64,000 nucleotides of DNA from Octopus vulgaris (GCA_951406725.2 OX597824.1:39928001-39992000), one strand, 5' to 3'; shown: positions 1-14,627, numbered from the stretch's first letter. Numbers and translations: made by a program. Notes: a model not told the origin generated them from the sequence alone.

Positions 1-645
1 GTAGTTAAACAATGAGTACAACTTCCTCTGTGATTCGAAGGCATGTTGGTAGGTTGCTATTGATGTTCGTGCCACCTCTCTAGTCAATGTCGCTGACGAC
101 CATATCTAGACGTACAGCGAAGAGCTTTGGAAAGAAGGTGTCTCTTAGTTTGAGACAATTCTCAGTTGGAACTCTTATAAGTGACAGTAGCATATCTATA
201 TCGGTGGTGCATCGGAAGTTTACATCTCTGAGCAGTTAGGTATATTGCACCTCGACTCCTTGCATTTCCAGAGATTTCGACACTGCATTCATCTCGATGC
301 TATCGAAGGCCTTTCAATAGTCGACGAAAGCGATACACAGAGGAAGTTTGTATTCATTCGTTCGTTCGTATAAGCTGTGATAGAGTGAATATGTGATCCA
401 TCGTACTATAGTTCTTACGGAAACTTGCTTGTTTACTCGGCTGTTGGTCATCGAGCAGTTTCAACAGTCTGGTGACTATGATTTTGTAGAGGTGAAAGAA
501 GAGAATATGGTGCGGTAGATTCTTAAATCTTCTCTGCCACGCTTCTTATGAAACAAAATGGTATTAAATTCTTTCCACAGCGAGGATATTTTACCCTCCA
601 TCAGATAACACTTAAAGCGTAGAACGAGTATTTTCCACAGCTCTT
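1..645 (-). mobile_element. Degraded RTE-clade LINE reverse transcriptase fragment
   Basis: Minus-strand translation gives QASFRKNYSTMDHIFTL...EYKLPLCIAFVDY*KAFDSIE, matching RTE RT motifs (QAGFR, F(V/I)DYxKAFD); stops and frameshifts; runs off the window edge. Confidence 0.85.
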
Positions 646-782
646 CTTAAAAATCGTTCTACGCATTAATTTTCTACTATAATAATAGTAGTGGTGGGGG
701 ATTACTTCTTTATAATTCATAATTAGAAAACACAGTTTACCTTAATTCTTAACATAATAAATATTGTGTATGTGTATATATA

Positions 783-786
<4 letters not shown>

Positions 787-844
<58 letters not shown>

Positions 845-861
845 TGTGTCTGTGTGTGTCT

Positions 862-928
<67 letters not shown>

Positions 929-945
929 TATGTATGTATGTATGT
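787..945. repeat. (TG)n/(TATG)n microsatellite
   Basis: Direct reading. Confidence 0.97.
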
Positions 946-1094
946 ACTGAACAGTCCACAAAATAAAGTCAATAAATAACGTTTCTTCAAATATTCAAGG
1001 GAGAAGACTTCTATAAAGTTATAGAAATTACGTCTCTTGAATCATAGAAGTGTTGACGCTTCTTGAGAACCGTAGTACATCGAGGTTACACGTT

Positions 1095-1270
1095 GCGAAA
1101 GTTCAAGGTCTAGTTGCTGAGATGTTGGACACGTGATCATGAGGTCTTCAGTTCCCTTCCGGGATCAAGCTGAATATTGCTTTCTTCAGCAAAATGCTTT
1201 ATTTCATGTTATTCCAGTCTACTCAGCTCTAATGAATACCAACCGGTACAGCCTTCTTACTCTCTAGCTG
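1095..1270 (+). mobile_element. Old degraded tRNA-SINE (family C-like)
   Basis: ctttatttcatgttattccagtctactcagct resembles ctttatttcacgttgctccagtcgactcagct of the 8711 copy. Confidence 0.5.
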
Positions 1271-1591
1271 TCACATCTTGAGTGATCCGATGTGTCTAGG
1301 ATGAAGGAACTGAGTTCCTATGTCTGCTCTTTACACTCTCCTCAAGTACTTTACACAGTTAACAAAAGAATGGTTAACGTTAACAAACTTTACTCGCTTG
1401 CGAGCGATGACTGGCTGCACATCTTTGTACAAACCCCATTAACATTCCTGTATAAAGATTAGTGTTATATTTAATATTAATAAACTGATAACATGCTTTT
1501 AGTTAATGTTTTAATTAAATATTTCGCCAATTAACTAGTTGAGATACCTACTCAATTCACATCAGTGGGGAGGAGCACGGAAGTAAATACC

Positions 1592-1800
1592 TATTTCTTT
1601 ATTACCCACAAGGGGCTCAACACAGAGAGGACAGACAAACAGATAAGTCGATTATATCGACCCCAGTGCGTAACTGGTACTTATTTAATCGACTCCGAAA
1701 GAATGAAAGGCAAAGTTGACCTCAGCGGAATTTGAACTCAGAACGTAGCGGCAGACGAAATACCGCGAAGCATTTCGCCCAACGTGCTAACGTTTCTGCC
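1592..1800 (-). mobile_element. SINE family B (head GGCGGCGAGCTGGCAG, Meta-like central domain) with target-site duplication
   Basis: Matches other family B copies; flanked by direct repeat agcacggaagtaaatacc at 1574-1591 and 1801-1818. Confidence 0.92.
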
Positions 1801-1829
1801 AGCACGGAAGTAAATACCAGTAGATATTT

Positions 1830-2250
1830 ATCAATCACTCACCACTTATGTCAAATCCACTACCATTTTGTCCATTACTCTCCGGTTATGTCAATTCACT
1901 TCCATTTTGTCCATCATTCTAATTTGTCACTTTACCATTATCTTATCCTTTACTCTTCGATTATGTCCATCAACTGCCATTTTGGCCATTACTATAGTGA
2001 TTCTTTGAATTTACTATTATTTTGTCCATCACTCCACCAATTCTATCTATCAACTGCCTTCTTGTCTGTTACAATCCGATTCTGTCAATCTACGGCCATT
2101 TTGTTTGTCGCTCTGCTGAATCTGTCAATCCACCGCCATTGTATTCATCACTCTACTGAATCTGTAAATCCACCAACATCCATTACTCTTCGATTTGCCA
2201 ATTCACTGCCATTTTCTCCATCACGCTACCAGTTATGTCCAACAGTTGGT
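1830..2250. repeat. Degenerate minisatellite, ~39-40 bp unit
   Basis: Recurrent unit approximately ttgtccatcactctactgaatctgtcaatccaccgccatt, about 10 copies. Confidence 0.7.
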
Positions 2251-2770
2251 ACGTTGTTCATTAGTCAATCCATGGCTCTATACTTCTAAATATTGAACCA
2301 TTACATGAAAATATGATCAATTTTCCTCTTTCGCGTTCAATTTGAAGGAAAAAAAGCACAACTTGAATGCTTTCAACAGGTTGTATAACATTGTTTCGGT
2401 CAGGGGAGAGAACTGTGTCTATCACAAATGCAGATAACTCGGGACTCGTAGATTTGATACGGTCGATGTTTTCCTTAAATAACTGAGAAAGAATAATGGT
2501 GGTGATAAAGAAATTCCACGAGCTTTAATTTCTGGAAAAGAAAGATTAGCAAAAAATTGTCAGTGCGGCTTCTGGGAGGAGAGAATGGTATAACGGGAGC
2601 GATTGAGTGGAAGTGGTAAGCTATTGTCTGTAACTACTGAATGAAACAAAGGTGTTTTAGTAATATTAGAAGCTATATAAGGGAAATGTCTGCGGGAGGC
2701 GAAGTAGAGTGGTAGCAAACAGCACCGATTCAAGTATAGGAAAGTATTCTGTTGAAGGATTAACCCGACC

Positions 2771-2963
2771 TTTGTCCACCCACCCATCACTTGATAACCG
2801 ATGTTGGTGTATTTACGTCTCTGTAACTTAGCGGTTCGGCAAAAGAAACCGATAGAATAGGTACTAAGCTTACAAAGAATAAATCCTGGGGTCGATTTGT
2901 TCGACTAAAGGCGTTGCTCCAGCATGGCCGCAGTCAAATGACGGATACAAGTAAAAGAATAAA
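2771..2963 (+). mobile_element. SINE family A, 3' half
   Basis: gtaacttagcggttcggcaaaag...ccagcatggccgcagtcaaatg tail shared with other family A copies. Confidence 0.9.
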
Positions 2964-2971
2964 TATAAAAG

Positions 2972-3007
<36 letters not shown>

Positions 3008-3782
3008 TAAGTAAAACTAGAGGGAGTTCCCCGACCCTACCTTGAATACTGTTGCCCACTGTGTTCTCCCCATACGAAACAACTCATTATGAAAGTAAAA
3101 GCACTCCAGAGTTCAATAACAAGAAATGTAGACGGCATGAGAGGCATTGATTATTGGGGACGACTAAAAAATTCAATCTCTACTCTCTCCAACGCCGCAG
3201 GGACCGCTACATTACTTGTGTTACGAGAAGTGTATGAAAAGTTTTGAGCCAAGGCCTTTGAGCCTTGAAGTCTAGTACCTTCATCAGAAGTCTTGTATCA
3301 TGCTTTTCGGGGTTTTTTTGTTTTTGTTTTTGCTTTGTTTTTTGAGGCTCGAGATTTATTCATATACCCCTCGTATGTGAAAATAATCCATTAATATTGC
3401 ACAAATGATGTTGGCATCAATTTAAAAATCCATCCAAAACTTGGACCCCGTGCTAACTGCCCCCTACCAAAATCGAACTCGGTACACATAGCAACATTAC
3501 GTCACAATTACTTTACCCCAACCGGTCTAGCTCTCTTTAATACTATACCAAAATACTTCAAAACGGAAACGGATCCTATAGAATTCAAATGTTCACTGGA
3601 AAAATTTCTTCAAAATATTTCCGGACCAACCCCCTATACCCGGATATGTCTCCAACAATAATTACTCTTTGCTAGAGTGGGGCCATGGTGCCCCATATAT
3701 GACTAAAAGACTTCATCAGGTGGTGCTATTAAGTTAGACCTTGCCTGGGCCTATACTGACCGAAATCTAACAAAGTTATATA

Positions 3783-3829
<47 letters not shown>

Positions 3830-3874
3830 AAGTAAGTATGTATGTATGTATGTATGTTTGTATGTATGTATGTA

Positions 3875-4108
3875 CAAGATTGGTCAAAAGTCACCTGACA
3901 GTAAATCAATACCACTGATTTCTAAGATTTATTTATGCTTAACAACTGAATGAAGTTAATAAAAGCATCTAAATATGAATCATCATGAAAACTGTTCAAA
4001 CTGAAGTCCTTCTTCAGCGAAGCATTTTTCCATTCGTGTCACTACAGAAATTACAGATAGTATTTATGGTATTTTGATTTACTGTCGAGTGATTTTTGGC
4101 CAACCCTG
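3875..4108. mobile_element. Tc1/mariner-type MITE, 234 bp
   Basis: ~35-bp imperfect TIRs caagattggtcaaaagtcacctgacagtaaatcaa / rc cagggttggccaaaaatcactcgacagtaaatcaa; TA at 3873-3874 and 4109-4110. Confidence 0.85.
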
Positions 4109-4122
4109 TATAGGTGTGTATT

Positions 4123-4214
4123 CCTCGGCGGAATTTGAACTCAGAACGTAACGGCAGACGAAATACCGCTAAGCATTTCACCCGGAGTGCTAACGATTCT
4201 GCCAGATCACCACC
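4123..4214 (-). mobile_element. SINE family B, 5' head fragment
   Basis: cctcggcggaatttgaactcagaacgtaacggcagacgaaatacc...ctgccag matches family B. Confidence 0.85.
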
Positions 4215-4215
4215 A

Positions 4216-4585
<370 letters not shown>

Positions 4586-4903
4586 TTCCTATGTTCATAT
4601 TGTCTCTGGACTTTTCGTATGCTGAATTTCTGGCTATAATTCCGAACAGCATCTGGTAGATTTTAAAGCATATTTATAAGGTTACTTATAGTTTCACAAG
4701 TAGTATAGATCTAGAGAACTAGTATATTGAAATGTAAGCGGTAATGAGAGGAACTGCCAGCAATTAATTTGAAGTCTAAATCGAATACCCTTACCGTTAA
4801 TAACATTGGGATTTGGGATAATTCTTTTGAAATAGAATACAATTGTTCTAAATGGAGGAAGATTATTAAATTTTTCTATCTTTTTGGGGACGTGAACACG
4901 AAT

Positions 4904-4938
<35 letters not shown>

Positions 4939-5291
4939 TACACACACACACAAATACACACACATACACGCACACGCATACACACTTATGTATATGTGCA
5001 TGTATGTATGTGCATATGTATGTGTCTAGGATGTATATATATACACGCATGTAAGTGCATCTACGTATTTACTTTTGAGTGTGTGAACATATGTGTGTGT
5101 GCACATACGTGTATACATACGTGTGTATTTGTGTGAGCCTGTGTGCTTGCACGAACACATATGTGTGTGCATGTGTGTGCACACGTGTGTGCGTGTGAGT
5201 GTGTGTATGTATGTCGGTAAGGGGCGTGTCTGTAGATATGTGCATTTCTTTACAAAAACGTGGTAGAAAACGTCACAGTCATTCACATACC

Positions 5292-5346
<55 letters not shown>

Positions 5347-5578
5347 ATTCTCTCACTCACTCACGTACAAAGAGATATAGAAACACACATACACAAACTC
5401 AAATACGTGTTTACTGGCCACTCATACTAAAGCCACACCCACCACGTCCCAGAGAACGACACTTTTCAAGTGTTCGAGACTTTTGATCCAGAGAAATTGT
5501 CAATTTATTTCACGAAAAGTGATTAGTCTTGTTAAGGACAAACTGTTTTCAGTGTGAGAAATTGTGTGCATAAATATA

Positions 5579-5775
<197 letters not shown>

Positions 5776-5799
5776 GCAAAGAAAGACACTAATACTTTT

Positions 5800-6500
5800 A
5801 TTTTATTATATATCTAAACGATAGTAATTATATAAGCCACTGGATTCCTTATGGACTTTGAGTTCTAATACCCTTTTATATAATAAATTTGTTTCATTAT
5901 AGAATTTATCCCTGTATCAATTGGCCTCCGTCTTGTTTGATCCAGACGAAACTCTTAGTTATATATTCGTTGCTTGAATAACAAGCTAATTTCTCTCTAA
6001 TCTACCCTGACATATTTTAATGGTTCCTCTATCACAAGTAACGTTTAATGTCAGCTGATTCAGTCGAGATCGTTATTCTTATTATTCCAAAGTTTTGACT
6101 GGTATTCTTCTGATAATTCTTTATTCATATTATTTGAATTGATGAGATAACTAACTGGATTTTATGTTTGCAAATGTTTATTATAATTCATAGAAACACT
6201 CAAGATTTTGACTTGCTGTCTACTTCTTGAAGCCAAGTTGACTACGAATTCAAACATCTTCGTCAATGGTGATAATTTAAATTTATTCATATGGAGAATA
6301 TTTAGGAAATTTGTTTGCATCTAAACGTTTCTGCTTATATGAATATTCTGCGTTTGCTAATTTATCGTGTGAAATTTAAGAACTGTAGTTTGATTCATCG
6401 TTATGTTCGGGTACATAATTTCAATTGATATTAATTTGGTGAGAACAGATGGTCTTAAATCGAAATCATCTTGAATGAGAATCTTGTTTCTTTTTGTAAT
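5800..6500 (-). mobile_element. Possible highly degraded Penelope-like element ORF remnant
   Basis: Only faint peptide resemblance (KHKI..SYS..NNMN; LVIQAT ~ VVYQAT before GIY-YIG); many stops. Confidence 0.25.
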
Positions 6501-6671
6501 TATACCGGCTTAGAAATTTGAAAAATTATTACCGAAGGTTCATGCTAGCCCAGTTTGACGAGTTCAAGTGCTTCGGCATCGTTGTAGCATGGAAATCAGA
6601 GCAAGACTGGATTGGATACAGAAAACTCATTTCTGACATCACACAATGCACAATGGAGACACACCATACTC

Positions 6672-7024
6672 TTTACGCTCTTTTACTTGTTTCAGTCATT
6701 TGACTGCGGCCATACTGGAGCACCGCCTTTAGTCGAGCAAATCGATCCCGGGACTTATTCTTTGTAAGCCTACTACTTATTCTATCAGTATCTTTAGCCG
6801 AACCGCTAAGTTACGGGGACCTAAACACACCAGCATCGGTTGTCAAGCAATGCTAGTGAGACAAACATAGACACACAAACATACACACACGTATATACAT
6901 ATATATGACGGGCTTCTTTCAGTTTCCGTCTACCAAATCCACTCACAAGGCTTTGGTCGGCCAGAAGCTATAGTAGAAGACACTTGCCCATGATGCCACG
7001 CAGTAGGACTGAACCCGGAACCAT
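6672..7024 (-). mobile_element. SINE family A, 5'-truncated
   Basis: Reverse complement of the family A body and tail. Confidence 0.92.
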
Positions 7025-7420
7025 CTTCAGAAAAATTGAAGAAAAACTGACACGAAACTGAAGCTTCTAAGGACCCTGGTCTGATCAGATGCGTTGTAAT
7101 GGTATGAGACACCAAGCGACTGAGTGAATGGAAATGACGTGCTACTAACGGGTAATGTGGAACATTTGGGCGACACGTAGAACGAATAGTTCAGTCTCAG
7201 ATGAGATGGAAGTGAACCGAAATCTGATGACGATGGGCAGACATCGAAAACAGCAATATTTTGGCTACGTTATTGGAATCTGGATGGTCTTTGCCATCAT
7301 TCTCGGAAGTTGAGTGGGTGAAAACGGGTTTGCGGGAGACAAAGATTAAAATGGAGCTTTGACATCAAGGACTCTGGAGGAATTTACAATTGCAGCACGA
7401 AATTGTGGTGAGTGTGCATG
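7025..7420 (+). mobile_element. RTE-clade LINE C-terminal fragment
   Basis: Peptides TKLKLLRTLV, RRTNSSVSDEMEVNRNL..RKQQYFGYV, GRQRLKWSFDIK match the RTE/BovB C-terminus (RKLxYFGH, GRxRxxWxDxI). Confidence 0.7.
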
Positions 7421-7751
7421 TGATTGTGTTCGAATCCCAAACCTGATATTCGTCCACAATACAATCGCCCACAGTTTCTGATTAAACGGTATTGTTTCGT
7501 AAATGTTCTTTTACGATCTGTGCTCAACTTGTTAACGATAAGAATATTTAGCTGTTGAAATTACTCATTTCTCTGTCATTTATATTTAGCTTGTTTCCAA
7601 AAGTGGTACTTTGAGTGTTAATAAAAATTCAACAAACTCCACCAGAAAAAGGGAATAGTAATCTTCTTAAACCATGGGCGAGATTCACTGGTAAACAATT
7701 AACTTATCAGTGACAATCAGTCACACACACAAGCAAAATTCACTCATAAAT

Positions 7752-7870
<119 letters not shown>

Positions 7871-8198
7871 GTTCTGATAACGATATCGTAGCCTCGCTAC
7901 ACTGGTCTATCAAAATTTGTGCCCGCCGATTCACCTACAATACTCAGTATTGGACTCCATTACATAATACGCATGGTTATATAAACCAGTCATCAGTTAT
8001 CTGAAATAGCTGCAAAGATAAGACTTGCTTATATTATATGAACTGTACACGCAACTTTTCATATAAATAAATTCCTTACTCTTGATATTTTATGACTGTC
8101 TTTTCTGTTTCCAGACCTGCTCGATGAAGATTGTTCTTATGGCTATTCTTATTCTCCCGGTGAAGTGTTAAAGGCAACTAAAAGAAACAATAGATATA

Positions 8199-8650
8199 GG
8201 TGCAGGTATGGCTGTTTGGCTGTGAAGTTTGCTTTTCAACCACGTAGTTTCATGTTAGGTCCCACTGCACAGCACCTTCTAATACAACTCTGGTCCGATC
8301 AATGCTTTGTGAATTGATTTTGTAGACGAGGACTGTGTGGAAGCTCACCGTATACATACATGTGTGCATGTGTGCGTGTGTGTGTGTATGTATGCATGTG
8401 TGTTCGTGTGTCTAGGTGTGTGTATCTTTGGGTTTGTATTTGTCATCTCCAGTTTGATAACTGATGTTGGTTTGTTGATGTCCCTGTAATTAGCGATTCG
8501 GCAAAAGAGAGGGATTGAATAAGTATCAGACTTTAAAAACAACATAAGTACTGGAGACGATTTGCTCAACTAAAACACTTCAAGATGGTGTCCCAGCATG
8601 GCCGCAGTCTAATGACTGAAACAAGGAAAAGATAGACAATAAAAAGAAAG
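8199..8650 (+). mobile_element. SINE family A, older diverged copy
   Basis: Head ggtgcaggtatggctgtttgg, internal TG tract, tail ccagcatggccgcagtctaatgactgaaacaag. Confidence 0.85.
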
Positions 8651-8710
8651 ATTCATATAACATATAGGAGTGGTTGTTATATTTTAACCAAGAATTACAA
8701 ATTACAACGT

Positions 8711-9037
8711 GAAGGCGCGTGGCTTAGTGGTTAGTGTGGTCGCTTCACAATCGTTTAGTTCGAGAGTTCGATATCCAGCAATGTGGTTTATTCTTGAACG
8801 AGGGACTTTATTTCACGTTGCTCCAGTCGACTCAGCTGGAAAAAATTAGTAGTACCTGTAATTCGTAAGTAGTCACTCTTGTTACATTGTTTGGTCACGC
8901 TGAATCTCCATGAGAACGACGTAAACGGTACGCTTGCCTGTGGAGTGGTCAGCCACACGCTCTTTAATTTCACGTGCAGACTGTTACGTTGACCACATCA
9001 ACTGGGATCCTCCTCGTCGAAACCGACGGAATGCCAG
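8711..9037 (+). mobile_element. tRNA-derived SINE family C (CORE-like)
   Basis: A box tggcttagtgg, B-box-like agttcgatatc, followed by CORE-like cttgaacgagggactttatttcacgttgctcc. Confidence 0.75.
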
Positions 9038-9697
9038 TTACAAATTACAATGTATTCATTCCTCATTTCGTTGTTAAAATAAGTTTTCCGAAGAAATTCG
9101 AACCCAAGACGAAATGCGGGGCCAATTAGTAAGAAATTATTATCGTAAATAACATTTAAGACTGTAAAAGATTTTATAGATCAGCGTGCTTATTCAGTAT
9201 TGATTATAGATTTAGTCTTTATCTAATTCCTCTTTTTAAGTGTGACCAGCTTTATTTTATAATATATTACAGAAATGTCGACATCAAAACTTACTGAAAA
9301 CACTTAATGCCTGTCTGTCCACTATCGCATAAATCTGTTTTCCCCTTGTGGATTATCGCATTATAAGCTGCCTTAACCTTTATCCTTCTCTTTATCAAAT
9401 TCTATTCTATAGATTTTACTTTGAAATGTGCCAATATCTTCGTAAACTTGTCTTCGCGATATTTCTAATACTATTTGATGATTAATTTATATATTTGCAA
9501 CTAAACTTGTTCATAGTTATTTTAAATATTTTTCTACTTTTAAGGTAACTGGCAACGGAATTTTATCTCAGTGGCTAGCATTTTAACATTAGCACCATGA
9601 GTTCTCCGTAACCATGACAGCTAATCGTTGTATGTTTTCTTATTCGGTCTGTCTCTCAGTCGGCCTGTCTTTTCTCACTGTCTTTTCTCTTTGTCTG

Positions 9698-9699
9698 TA

Positions 9700-9778
<79 letters not shown>
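9698..9778. repeat. (TATC)n microsatellite
   Basis: Direct reading. Confidence 0.97.
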
Positions 9779-9797
9779 TTGTCTGTATATATATATA

Positions 9798-10002
9798 GGC
9801 GCAAGAGTGGGTGTGTGGCAAGTAGCTTGCTTACCAACCACATGGTTCCGGGTTCATTCCCATTGCGTGGCACCTTGGGCAAATGTCTTCTTCTGTAGCT
9901 TTGCGCTGGCCAAAGCCTTGTGAGTGGATTTGGTAGACAGAAGCTGAAAGAAGCCCGTCGTATATATCTCTCTCTCTCCCTTTCTCTCTCTCTCTCTCTT
10001 TA

Positions 10003-10038
<36 letters not shown>

Positions 10039-10125
10039 TGTATGTGTGTGTGTGTATGTGTGTGTGTATGTATGTATGTGTGTGTGTGTGTGGATGTCCC
10101 CTCAACATCGCTTGTTAAGCGATGT
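9798..10125 (+). mobile_element. SINE family A, 5' portion
   Basis: ggcgcaagagtgggtgtgtggcaagtagcttgcttaccaaccacatggttccggg head with CORE-like caccttgggcaa. Confidence 0.9.
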
Positions 10126-11343
10126 TTCTATATATAGAAAGGAAAAGAAATGGAGCAGTAATTAACAATGAGAATTTGATCATTGGTGTTAAAGAGTCAT
10201 ACTATTAATTCTAGTTCAGAACCATTTACAGCAGTTTCTGTTTCTCAAATCGAAGTAAATTTGCATTTATCTCGTTCAATTTAACAAACATTGTCAGAAT
10301 GATTTAGAGGAATGACGGGAGAAAATGGAAAAGAAAGGAAAAGGAAAAAGCAAAAAGAAAAGGAAAAAGTTCGTTAAGTCTTTAAGCTTACATCTTAGTG
10401 ACTTTTTGGGTTCCACGTGTGTGTACGTTTCTACAATTAGATGGAGCAGTAAGTGGGGAAAATGATTAGTTGACCGGCGGTGTTAGTCGAGGGAGTTATA
10501 CCTGGTGGAGATATCTGGCGTTGTTAATTGTAATATGCAACACTGTAACCACTAGGTTAGTCCCTACGATTACAAATAATGCCTTTGTTAAAAATTAAGT
10601 ATGCTTCTTAAATTTAGTGCGACATAATGTATGTATATATATATATATATATGGGCTATATAAAGGAATAATAATAAAAAAAGATAAAAAGTACACAAAA
10701 ATCAATTAAAATATAACGTGTTATGTGAGTCGGCAATCTAGCTTTAAAGTTAATATATTATCGAGGATTATATGCCCTAGTATACAACGTAGATTTTAAA
10801 TAGATAGTTTGGTTAGTCTGGGTACTTTAATTTAATTTAAGATTGCGATGTAATGTTAAATTATACGCTATGTTTCGGGGAGGTAATAAGATGTTAGGTA
10901 GGTCAGCTAATAACCTGTAATGTGGGTATTAGCGGTATTTAGAGAATAAGAATTTATCTTAATGCAAACATGTATTTTTCTCGTCTCGTTTATTAAGTAA
11001 TTCTGATTTAATCATTAAAATCAATTATTTCTTATTTATGCATAAATAACAGCAGTTATTATTAAGGTTATATGAAGATGCTTTGGCTAAGATACTCCAT
11101 TCTAATATAAAATTAATGTTATTGTCTTTCAGTTCTCAGATGTAACTACTAAGTCCTGTAGAGTTCGCTTTACTTCTATTTCTGAAACTTGAGCGATGGG
11201 AATTATATCTAAGTTTCATTTCATTTTTAGTTGCTCCAATATAAGTTTCTTGTAATTATTTGAGAGTACGTCACATTGGTAGATTACGCTTTTAGTTTTA
11301 CATTTATTCAAGAATTCACAAGTACTTTTATCACTGCAGCCAT

Positions 11344-11716
11344 AAGTAGCTTGCTTACTAACCACATGGTTCCGGGTTCAGTCCCATTGCGTAGCATCTT
11401 GGGCAAGGATCTTCTACTATAGCCTCGGACCGACCAAAGCCTTGTGAGTGGATTTGGTAGACAGAAACTGAAAGAAGCCCGTCGTATATATGTATGTGTG
11501 TGCATGTTTGTGTGTTTGTGTTTGTCCCCCTAGCATTGCTTGACAACCGATGCTGGTGTGTTTGTGTCCCCGTAACTTAGCGTTTCAGCAAAAGAGACTG
11601 ATACAATAAGTAGTAGGCTTACAAAGAATAAGTCCCGGGATCGATTTGCTCGACTAAAGGCGGTGCTCCAGCATGACCGCAGTCAAATGACTGAAACAAG
11701 AAAAAGAGTAAAAGAG

Positions 11717-11717
<1 letters not shown>
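11344..11717 (+). mobile_element. SINE family A, near full length
   Basis: Head, TG linker and tail with (taaaagag)n end. Confidence 0.93.
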
Positions 11718-11752
<35 letters not shown>

Positions 11753-11770
11753 TGTATGTATGTATGTATA

Positions 11771-12133
11771 CAGGGTGCGATAGGTAAACGTCACCATTTT
11801 ATATTTTTTATTTCGCGCATGTGCATTGTTTGTTTTTCATTTTGTTGACTACACAGTATAGTAGGGTCAGTTGGGCACCGTCTGTAAGAAAAACAGCAAA
11901 GATAAACTGAAGGCAAGGATTAAGGCAACATTCACCAACTTAAGTAAAGAGACCGTCCAGAACGTCGTCTTGACGCCGTAGTTGAAGTCAATGGCGATTT
12001 TATTGAATAAATTTACTCTTTAGTATTTCAAGATATTTTTATGTAATTTTGATAAATATATCTGTTAGAATGATATGTCAGTGTTATTTTCCTCTTTGCA
12101 TAATTTAGACGACAGTTTATTCACCGCACCCTG
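11771..12133 (+). mobile_element. Tc1/mariner-superfamily internal-deletion derivative, 363 bp
   Basis: TIRs cagggtgcgataggtaaac / rc cagggtgcggtgaataaac; TA flanks at 11769-70 and 12134-35; residual transposase C-terminus KLKARIKATFTNLSKETVQ...RLDAVVEVNGDFIE*. Confidence 0.85.
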
Positions 12134-12459
12134 TATATATATAACAAACGGAAAAATTTAACAAAAACATAACAAACGAAAAATTTGACAAAACCATAGT
12201 TCACGGAAAATTCGCTGCTGATTCCTCATCAGTCAATGTCCAAGAGGTCATAATGGTTTAGCGCTTTTAACTTTGATACCACTCCATATTTATGTGTATA
12301 TATATGTACGCTACACAAAGTCAGTTTGTGGCGCTATTTTCGCACTTCTGTTACCATAGTGACGTGTTTGGGGAAATCTGAAGGTAGTTTGAAAAGCTAA
12401 AGAACATTTTGGACTGTTTTTCTCTATTACACTCACTTCACTTTGACGGTCAAAGTTTA

Positions 12460-13280
12460 CGTAAAGGAGGAGTGATTTCCGACTGTTTTGATGGTCAGAT
12501 TCGTTCAAAACGCATCAAAAACCGTTTGTAAAGCATACATTTCACTTTCAAAGTGGAACGGGTACCATATATTTATCTAGGTAACTCTAGCAGAGCATAT
12601 ATGACGTAAAACTTCGATCTAAAGCACCGGTTAATTTTAGCATTTTCATCCACCCCACCTTGAAGGTTAAGATTTGCCTAAAGAGCGAGTGATTTCTAAC
12701 AGTTTGATACTAGATTCGTTCAAAACACACCACGAGGCACAAATTTCAATTACACAGATAACAATCGGGCGGACTGCATTGACAGGTCCCAACAAATCAA
12801 AACGCGTCTTTCGTTCTCATGTGTCACTGTATTAACGGCATTCGTCTCCCTCTGGTATATTTAGTGTTTCTTATTCAAGTCTATGAAGAGCTTTTATTGT
12901 AGACAATTCCACAACACCATGCCTTCTAATGGTACGTATATATTTACTATGATACACAGATAGCAATTTTAACCTAATGCTATTTCAATTGCTCACACCG
13001 AGTTTTTGTACAGCCTCGCAAGCTTCTGCAATACTATTGAATGTTTTAGTCACTGTTTCCCATACATCCGAGCGCGAATTTCCCTTAAGCAGGTGACACT
13101 CAAGTGCACGGCATTGGCAGTCCTCACTAAAGGCAAAACACGTCTTTCGTTCTCGTGAATCACTGCAGCAACAATGTTCGTCTCGCTCCGATATATATTG
13201 TGTTTCTAACACAACAAGTCGGTGAAGAGATTTTTATCTCAGACAATTCTACATGATGCCTTTCAACAGTGTAACGAATA
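12460..13280. repeat. Unclassified element with internal diverged direct repeats
   Basis: 12470-12520 ~ 12688-12735 (gagtgatttc..agattcgttcaaaac) and 12798-12935 ~ 13135-13275 (aaaac.cgtctttcgttctc...agacaattc). Confidence 0.55.
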
Positions 13281-14389
13281 TAACAATAAGAATTTATCAG
13301 AATAAATTATATTTTCCTGACAATACACACATAAACACACACACACACACGCACAGTCTTTTTACCATGTTCAGCATTTTTTTTTGTCATTAAAGCTGAT
13401 ATCTACGAACGCAAGTGACAAATAAAACATATACTCCATTTAGTATTTTCTTATTTTACACAGAATAAAATCATCTATTAATCAACATTTTGTGATTATT
13501 TTCTATATTATCATAAATATATGTTCTCAATACATTCGCTTAAGTCAAGCCAGGAATTAAAACTTTGTTTTATGACGATTGTTATAACTTTGTGAAGGGA
13601 TTAGCTCAAAAGATTAAACGAATTACTCGAAGTTCATTAACAAATTCTAAGGACTAATTCTGAAGAAGATAAATCAAGAAGTTTCATAATAGACATAGTG
13701 GAGAGTAATATCTCTTTTACTAAAAGCTTCGTTGTCATAACCACATTATAAGCACGTCACATCTAACGCCCACACATGTTCAATATATGTTGTGGTGATG
13801 TCATATTCATTATGTTATGACGTCAATAACGTCATGTACGAAAGAAGGAAATCTATATGGAAATCTATGTGGAAACTAACGTAAAAGTTTGAGACAGTTA
13901 AACAGAATTTCAAGAGTATTTCTAACTTTTCAAGTGGCAATTAAGCTTGGAATCTACATCGTTACCATTTTCTTTCTCCACGTCGGTGGTGCTTTACGTA
14001 TCATTAAAAAATGATTGTGCTATTTTTGTATCACTATCGGTAATTGATGGTAGACAGCAGCTCTTCAATGGTTGCTTTAAGTAGGTAACTATAAATGTCT
14101 GGCTTTAAATAAATCGGTTGATGGAGATGGGATATTCAGTGTAGCATCATGGGAACCAAGCAACACGTGACATGTAGAGTGGTCAGTTTCAAAACTACCC
14201 AGGAGCAATAAATGCTGTCTTCTTATTAGCTCTTTACACAGTGAAAGACAAAAAATCATTGTTTGAATTTTTAAAAAATAGCCATCTATATACCATACTC
14301 AATGTATATACATCATTAGGAAGCGTGATGGTGTGGACTTGTCTGAGAGAAAATCTCTTCATAGACCTTTTGTGTTAAAAACACAACAT

Positions 14390-14392
<3 letters not shown>

Positions 14393-14467
<75 letters not shown>

Positions 14468-14486
14468 CATACATATTTATACATAT

Positions 14487-14529
<43 letters not shown>

Positions 14530-14596
14530 CATATTTATACATATAGATATATATACATATATATATATATATACACATACATATTTATACATATAG

Positions 14597-14627
<31 letters not shown>

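Noticed and set aside
1732-2289. 185-aa ORF
   Set aside because: Reads through a SINE and a degenerate minisatellite.
8115-8172. Exon with signal-peptide-like MKIVLMAILILP after a good acceptor
   Set aside because: Weak donor, stop after 15 codons, no compatible partner exon found.
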